Shown piece after piece: positions 58,474 to 64,000 of a DNA stretch of 64,000 nt; position 1 is the stretch's first letter, and each line of letters opens with the position of its first letter. The stretch lies in IMG/VR virus record IMGVR_UViG_3300047200_000500, positions 64,001 through 128,000 of that record; one strand, given 5' to 3'. Position numbers and translations under genes: made by a program. The notes under the pieces are model-generated. The model saw only the letters and a list, made by a program, of their open reading frames with translations, was not told where the DNA came from and searched no databases. Origin of the DNA: a virus.

Positions 58474-59900
58474 TGACAATTCATTATACAACAGAAGAGT
58501 TTATACAAAAAGCCCAAAAAATCCATGGTGATAAATATAATTATTCGTTGGTTGATTATAAAAAATACAATATCAAGATAAAAATAATTTGTCAAATTCA
58601 TGGAGTGTTTGAACAAAATCCAGCTTGTCATATTCAAGGTCAAGGATGTCCGATTTGTCATGGATGTAAAAAAAGTAATAATGAACAATTTATACAAAAA
58701 GCAAATAAAGTTCATAATAATAGGTATGATTATTCAAAAGTTAATTATGTAAGATCTAACTATAAAATTAAAATCATTTGTCCTGTTCATGGTGAATTTG
58801 AACAAATTGCTGCAAATCATTTACGTTATGGATGTCATTTGTGTTATAAATCATATAATTCTAATATAAAGGAATTTATTGATAAAATAGAAAAAATTCA
58901 CGGTGATAAATATGATTATTCAAAAGCTGATTATAAAAATTCATTTACTAAAATTAAAATTATTTGTCCTGTTCATGGTGAATTTGAACAAACACCAAAC
59001 AGACATCTATCTGGTCAGTGTGGTTGTCCTAAATGTCCGTCAGTGATTTCTTATGCCCAACAAGAACTTATTGATTTTATAAAGGAAGACAAGACTATAA
59101 ATGATCGTGAAGTTATTAAACCAAATGAATTAGATATTTTTATTCCAAGTAAAAATATTGCTATTGAATATCATGGTATTTATTGGCATAGTTATAATAA
59201 GTTGGAGTCTAATATAGAAAAATATAAACACCACAACAAAGCATCAATTTGTTTTGATAAAGGTATTCAATTAATACAAATTTTTGAAAATGAATGGCTA
59301 AATAAGAAAAACATTGTAAAGTCTATCATTAATGCTAAATTAGGAATTAATAATAAAATATTTGCGCGTAAATGTGAGATTAAAGAATTATCATCCAAGG
59401 AATTTAATGAATTTTGTAATAAAAGCCATATTCAAGGAAAATTAAATTCAGTTATAAAGTTAGGATTGATACATTATGATAGATTAGTTTGTGTCATTGG
59501 TTTTAATAGGCATTCGAGGTATGATTATGAATGTACTAGATTTTGTAATGAATTAAACGTTAATGTTGTTGGTGGCGCATCAAAGTTATTTAAATATTTT
59601 TTAAATAAATGGAAACCTAATTCTATTTTATCGTTTGCTGATAGACGATATAGTAATGGTAGATTATATAAAACATTAGGATTTGAATTAATTGGGGTTA
59701 CTGATCCAGGGTATTTTTATTTTAAAAATGGTGGTGATATGATATTGTACTCTCGTCAACAGTTTCAGAAACATAAACTTAAAAATAAATTAGATAATTT
59801 TAATTCTGATTTATCAGAGGCTCAAAATATGTTTAATAATAAATATAGAAGACTATGGGACGCAGGGCATTGGAAATTTGTATGGTCAAATATTAAATAG
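58473..59900 (+). CDS. Free-standing homing endonuclease: three Zn-ribbon repeats plus Hef-like PD-(D/E)XK nuclease
   Basis: 'KIKIICPVHGEFEQ...H..G.GCP.C' x3; 'ELDIFIP..NIAIEYHGIYWHS', 'IFARKCEIK' and 'RLWDAG'. Confidence 0.8.
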   Translation: MTIHYTTEEFIQKAQKIHGDKYNYSLVDYKKYNIKIKIICQIHGVFEQNPACHIQGQGCPICHGCKKSNNEQFIQKANKVHNNRYDYSKVNYVRSNYKIKIICPVHGEFEQIAANHLRYGCHLCYKSYNSNIKEFIDKIEKIHGDKYDYSKADYKNSFTKIKIICPVHGEFEQTPNRHLSGQCGCPKCPSVISYAQQELIDFIKEDKTINDREVIKPNELDIFIPSKNIAIEYHGIYWHSYNKLESNIEKYKHHNKASICFDKGIQLIQIFENEWLNKKNIVKSIINAKLGINNKIFARKCEIKELSSKEFNEFCNKSHIQGKLNSVIKLGLIHYDRLVCVIGFNRHSRYDYECTRFCNELNVNVVGGASKLFKYFLNKWKPNSILSFADRRYSNGRLYKTLGFELIGVTDPGYFYFKNGGDMILYSRQQFQKHKLKNKLDNFNSDLSEAQNMFNNKYRRLWDAGHWKFVWSNIK

Positions 59901-59902
59901 GT

Positions 59903-60631
59903 ATGAAAATATCATCTCTACATGTTTTGTGTGAGGGTTACTCAAGAACATATAAGTTTGGATATGATAATTTTAACATTGATCCAAGACCAAATGTTGT
60001 AGCTTTAGGTAGGTGGGTAAACCATAAAGGCACTAAGCTTCTTTGTGGAATCAATTTAAATTATCTTTCTGATGATCAAGTATTGGAGCTTCAGAAAAAT
60101 CTTCAAACAATTCTTGGAGATAGAAACCTTAGGCGCAGGGTTAGAAAATTACGTGGATTAATGCCTCAAATATTTGATCGCGCTTATAGAACTTACAATC
60201 AAGATCATGTTAAAATTGTTGCCCCAGGAACTCTTAAATTCTTTAAAGAGCCAAAACCTCAACCTATTAAAGAACCAGTCACTAAGGCTATTGAACCAAT
60301 AAAAGCTAAAAAAGAATTAAAGAAGCCAGATGATGTCTCTAAAGATATAAATAAGATCGATAAAGATGAAAGAGGTATTGATTTTGATAAGGAAGAACCA
60401 GAACAAGATGATAAAGATATTCTAAGCAAAGAAAAAAAGGTTGCTTCAAAGGATATTAAACTTCAAAAAGGTGAACCTATTAAACTTGTTGATCCTAGGA
60501 AAAAAATTAAAGAACCTATTGAACCTGATAAAGATGCTAATTTTGGTAATTCAAAACCAGAAATTGTTGAGCCAGAAGATTTAGATTTTGAAGATGGTGA
60601 AGAGGATACAGATGAAGGAATTCCTAAGTAA
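59903..60631 (+). CDS. DNA end protector-like protein (T4 gp2-like) with charged tail
   Basis: 'DPRPNVV.L......LLCGINLNYL...AYRTY'; N-terminal VLCE|G. Confidence 0.55.
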   Translation: MKISSLHVLCEGYSRTYKFGYDNFNIDPRPNVVALGRWVNHKGTKLLCGINLNYLSDDQVLELQKNLQTILGDRNLRRRVRKLRGLMPQIFDRAYRTYNQDHVKIVAPGTLKFFKEPKPQPIKEPVTKAIEPIKAKKELKKPDDVSKDINKIDKDERGIDFDKEEPEQDDKDILSKEKKVASKDIKLQKGEPIKLVDPRKKIKEPIEPDKDANFGNSKPEIVEPEDLDFEDGEEDTDEGIPK

Positions 60632-60638
60632 ATAGGAT

Positions 60639-61328
60639 GTGGTTTACGAAAAAGGCAAGATTCCAGATTGTAGTAATGTAGAAGAGTTAAAGTCTTTTTT
60701 TAAAGATCATGAAGATTACACCACTCTTGAAATAGCTTTAAGATATAAAATCGCTCCAGGAAGTTTAAGATGTTGGAGAGTTAAAGCTGGCCTTAAATCA
60801 AAAACAGCCCATTCTGAATTTTTGAAGTCACATAAACTGCAAAAAAAACTTATCATTGAACATGTACATGATCCATTAATATGGGATAATAAAGAATGGT
60901 TTGAAAATGCTTATTCTAAATATGGAATAATAACAATTTCTAAAATAATAGGTAAAACTATTAGGACTGTTCAAAAAAGATTAGCAAAGTATGAAATTAA
61001 GACAAAACTCTGGAAAGATTCTATAAAAAGTAAAAATCCATATAATAATGAAGCCTGGATAGTTGAACAATATTTTACTAATAAAATTGGTGTTGCTAAA
61101 ATGGCTAAAATAGCTGGTGTTAGCATATATACCATGTATGATTGGTTAGTAAGTAAAGGAATTTACCCAAGATCAATAAGCAGGGCTGGTGCTATATATA
61201 GATGGCGTATGTTAAAAATTAAAAAGAAACTAAGATTAGAAAAGTACAATAAAGTATATGGAACAAGCTTTCAGAGTTTTAAAGAAGTTGCTGATGCAAG
61301 ATCCAAGGATAAAGAAGGTAAAGTCTGA
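60639..61328 (+). CDS. Tandem-HTH DNA-binding protein
   Basis: Three HTH-like repeats: 'TTLEIA..Y.IAPGSLR.W', 'ISKIIGKTIRTVQKRL' and 'MAKIAGVSIYTMYDWL'. Confidence 0.65.
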   Translation: MVYEKGKIPDCSNVEELKSFFKDHEDYTTLEIALRYKIAPGSLRCWRVKAGLKSKTAHSEFLKSHKLQKKLIIEHVHDPLIWDNKEWFENAYSKYGIITISKIIGKTIRTVQKRLAKYEIKTKLWKDSIKSKNPYNNEAWIVEQYFTNKIGVAKMAKIAGVSIYTMYDWLVSKGIYPRSISRAGAIYRWRMLKIKKKLRLEKYNKVYGTSFQSFKEVADARSKDKEGKV

Positions 61329-62466
61329 TTACAATGGTTTCATAGTCTATTGGAATAATCATATTAAAGAAAAAATCCAGATAGCTAGGAGATATTACGG
61401 TAAAAAAATAAGATCAAAGAAAAAGCATTTTTTATTAGTTGTTCCAGAAGTTTGGTGGTGGGATAAATTATCAAATGATAAAATAGTAGCGAGGCATTTT
61501 AAATATAACATAAACGAATTAGAACTTAATAATAGTGATGAATATTTCAATTTATCTAAATGGTCATATCAAGATTTTGAAACATTAAAATTTTATGATA
61601 AATTAATGTTCATGCATGGTTTGCTAGATTTTATAGTCGAACACGGATGGAAACCATTTAAATATCCAGATGAAGTACTAAGAGAGAATTATCAAAATAT
61701 TTTAAATGAAGGAACTAACAGTCATAGAAGAAGAAATGGTTACAGATTGGCGAAGTATTTTTTTAAAAATAAGGATCGTCCAGGTGATTTAATTCTTGAA
61801 CATTTTATGCCAAATGGTCACTATAATTTAAGTAATAATAAATTTATTTATAATTTTAAACATAAAAATACCATCTGCAGATGGTATAAAGCAATAAGAA
61901 GAATAATACGTAAAAATAAATGGTTTAAAAAAGAAGAAATTAATAAAACAATAGATTTTGACTATAAAACATTAATAAAAGCAATAAAGGTTTCTGATAG
62001 GCGTCAAAAATTCTTTAAATCTTTTAAGTTCAGGCCAATAGCTTTATATAGAGTAATAATAAAAGATCTTGGATTATCTGGTAAAACATTTTTTGATTTT
62101 GAGCCTAGATATGGAGAAAAATTTTTAGCGGCGGTAGTAGAAGAATGTCCATATTATTTTAGACCAACCTGCCCGTTTGATACTTATTATAAAGATGTTG
62201 CCAAATTTATAGAATATGATGATATAAGTGAAGAAGATAAATCAATAAGATATGATTTTTCAATAATTGATTTTGATTTTAAATTTAATAAATCAGTTTT
62301 TGATTATTATATGAAAAATTATTTCAATAAAATTGATGTTAACGTAATATTTGTTAGTAATCCTTATGTTGAAGAAATTATGAAAAAATATCCACCAACA
62401 AAAAAGATTCCAATGAGGATATGTCATTTTGAACCTTTAAATGGATATTTTTTCATATATAATTAA
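61258..62466 (+). CDS. Degenerate DNA methyltransferase-like protein
   Basis: 'FRPIALYRVII...FFDFEPRYGEKFLAA' resembles F(R/K)P..DP.AGWGGRL; the SPPY position is replaced ('YDFSIIDFDF'). Confidence 0.45.
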   Translation: MEQAFRVLKKLLMQDPRIKKVKSDYNGFIVYWNNHIKEKIQIARRYYGKKIRSKKKHFLLVVPEVWWWDKLSNDKIVARHFKYNINELELNNSDEYFNLSKWSYQDFETLKFYDKLMFMHGLLDFIVEHGWKPFKYPDEVLRENYQNILNEGTNSHRRRNGYRLAKYFFKNKDRPGDLILEHFMPNGHYNLSNNKFIYNFKHKNTICRWYKAIRRIIRKNKWFKKEEINKTIDFDYKTLIKAIKVSDRRQKFFKSFKFRPIALYRVIIKDLGLSGKTFFDFEPRYGEKFLAAVVEECPYYFRPTCPFDTYYKDVAKFIEYDDISEEDKSIRYDFSIIDFDFKFNKSVFDYYMKNYFNKIDVNVIFVSNPYVEEIMKKYPPTKKIPMRICHFEPLNGYFFIYN

Positions 62467-62531
62467 CCAAATATGACTTTCCGTGAATGGATTGCCTATT
62501 ACACGTCATGATTTGTGTTCAAATTTAATAT

Positions 62532-62771
62532 ATGAGCTTCAATGACATAACCATAATTAGAACTTTACCAATAGTTGGTAAATTTGTTAAAGTAGCTGAT
62601 GATAACAATAATCTTCCTAAAGTACATCCATCTGAAGTACCCTATCCTGTTTTAGAGGCTAGTCCGACTTCAAAAATGGAATTCATTGAATTTCCAGCTG
62701 TTACTGCTGATAGTCAGACGAATGTTGATTATCAAAAGGTTGTTAAAGATATTGCATTAGCTAAACTGTAA
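62532..62771 (+). CDS. Hypothetical protein
   Basis: 79 aa, late-type motif 12 nt upstream. Confidence 0.55.
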   Translation: MSFNDITIIRTLPIVGKFVKVADDNNNLPKVHPSEVPYPVLEASPTSKMEFIEFPAVTADSQTNVDYQKVVKDIALAKL

Positions 62772-62812
62772 ATTAATTACTGGAGTAACTGGTTTGTGAT
62801 CAAAAATATTAT

Positions 62813-63733
62813 ATGATTGATTGGAACATAGTAAAAAAATTACATGTTGAATACAATAATAAACAAATAGCTGAAAAATTAAATATTTCAATTGGATCAG
62901 TACAAAGAATAATGAGAAATATTAATGAAGGTAAAGTAAGAAATAAGATTAATAATCCTGAACCAATATTTAAAAGATTGCATTTATCGGAAAATGAATA
63001 TATTAAATTATTAAATAAATTATATTGGTCAGATAATCTCTCTCAAAGGAAAATAGCCGCTGTTTTTAATGTTCACCAAAGGACCATTGAGATTAGTTTT
63101 AAAAAATATAATATTAGAACTAGATCTTTGTCAGAAGCATCAAAATGGGAACAAAAGTCTTGTAATTTAACACCCGATCAAATAGAAATTATTGATGGGT
63201 TAATGCTTGGTGATGGCCATTTAGATAAATCAAATGTTTCAGCTAGAATTCAATATGTCTGTAAGTTTAAAAAAATCTTAATTGATATTACTAAAGAATT
63301 CAGTCAATTACATTTTAGTGAGCCATGGGGTACTAAAATTTCTAATGAATCATGGAGAACTAAAAATAAATGCTGGTTTATAAAATCATCATTTTATAAT
63401 GATTTGTTAGTTCATAGAAATAGATGGTATAAAGATATTAAAATAATACCAAATGATGTCATGTTAACTGCAAAATCATTTTATTGGTGGTTCATTGGTG
63501 ATGGATATATTAAAAATAAATGTGTAGAGCTTTGTACTGATAATTTTAAACATGTCCATCTTGAAAAATTGCAATTAAAATTAAATAATTTAGGCTATAA
63601 ATCGTCAATTACTACTAGAAAAAGATTAAAGTTTAATCGTGATTCTAGTAGTAGATTTATTAATAATATTGAAAATAATAATAATATTGCACAAGAATAT
63701 CAATATAAATTTAACAAATTTCACGAGGTGTAA
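62813..63733 (+). CDS. HTH + LAGLIDADG homing endonuclease
   Basis: 'IIDGLMLGDGHL' and 'WWFIGDG....VELCTDNF'; two N-terminal HTHs. Confidence 0.85.
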   Translation: MIDWNIVKKLHVEYNNKQIAEKLNISIGSVQRIMRNINEGKVRNKINNPEPIFKRLHLSENEYIKLLNKLYWSDNLSQRKIAAVFNVHQRTIEISFKKYNIRTRSLSEASKWEQKSCNLTPDQIEIIDGLMLGDGHLDKSNVSARIQYVCKFKKILIDITKEFSQLHFSEPWGTKISNESWRTKNKCWFIKSSFYNDLLVHRNRWYKDIKIIPNDVMLTAKSFYWWFIGDGYIKNKCVELCTDNFKHVHLEKLQLKLNNLGYKSSITTRKRLKFNRDSSSRFINNIENNNNIAQEYQYKFNKFHEV

Positions 63734-63739
63734 TATAAC

Positions 63740-64000
63740 ATGAAAAAAATTTCCTTAATAAGTGGCTGTACAGGACAAGATGGCTCATATTTAATTGATC
63801 ATTTATTAAGTTTAGGATATGTTGTGCATGGTATTATTAGAAGATCATCTTCTTTTAATACGAGTAAAATAGATCATATAATAAATTCAAAAGCACATGG
63901 CTCAACATTTTTTATGCATCATGGTGATTTAACTGATTCTAATAATATCAATAAATTGGTTTCTGAAATAAAACCAAATGAATTTTATAATTTAGGAGCT
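63740..64000 (+). CDS. gmd: GDP-mannose 4,6-dehydratase (3'-truncated by the window)
   Basis: Translated by hand: MKKISLISGCTGQDGSYLIDHLLSLGYVVHGIIRRSSSFNT...HGDLTDS...KPNEFYNLGA; GAGGTG SD. Confidence 0.93.
   Translation, partial: MKKISLISGCTGQDGSYLIDHLLSLGYVVHGIIRRSSSFNTSKIDHIINSKAHGSTFFMHHGDLTDSNNINKLVSEIKPNEFYNLGA

Noticed and set aside
62473-62511. Micro-ORF MTFREWIAYYTS, also a weak hairpin
   Set aside because: Only 12 codons and no SD; insufficient support.
1-64000. Alternative genetic code (stop codon reassignment)
   Set aside because: Core genes are full length in the standard code and TAA, TAG and TGA all end genes; the breaks are frameshifts, not in-frame stops.

Overview
A 64-kb segment of a large, AT-rich T4-like (myovirus, probably jumbo) phage genome, almost all on the + strand. 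It covers most virion morphogenesis genes: baseplate wedge, neck, fibre-like proteins, tail terminator, sheath, tube, tail chaperone, terminase, portal, prohead protease, scaffolds, major capsid protein, tape measure and baseplate hub. It also holds a UvsW-like helicase, several free-standing homing endonucleases and an accessory block (glycosyltransferases, HAD phosphatase, cold-shock protein, adenosine deaminase, gmd). Main observations: (1) Two phage sigma factors flank the helicase. One is a sigma70-type domain inside a large acidic protein, bracketed by prohead-protease-type (I/L)xE sites, so it may be virion-packaged and protease-released. The other is a gp55-like late sigma interrupted by a LAGLIDADG intein. 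(2) Many small genes share a capsid-targeting-like N-terminus. (3) Three recurring upstream motifs occur, one at a fixed 12-14 nt from SD-less start codons. (4) A GC-rich, riboswitch-like RNA competes with an SD-sequestering hairpin in front of a gene carrying a Tad1-like anti-defence domain. (5) There are four reading-frame breaks: tail chaperone (probably programmed), and capsid, fibre and sigma C-terminus (recoding, real lesions or assembly errors). All family assignments come from motif recognition by eye; no database search was run.
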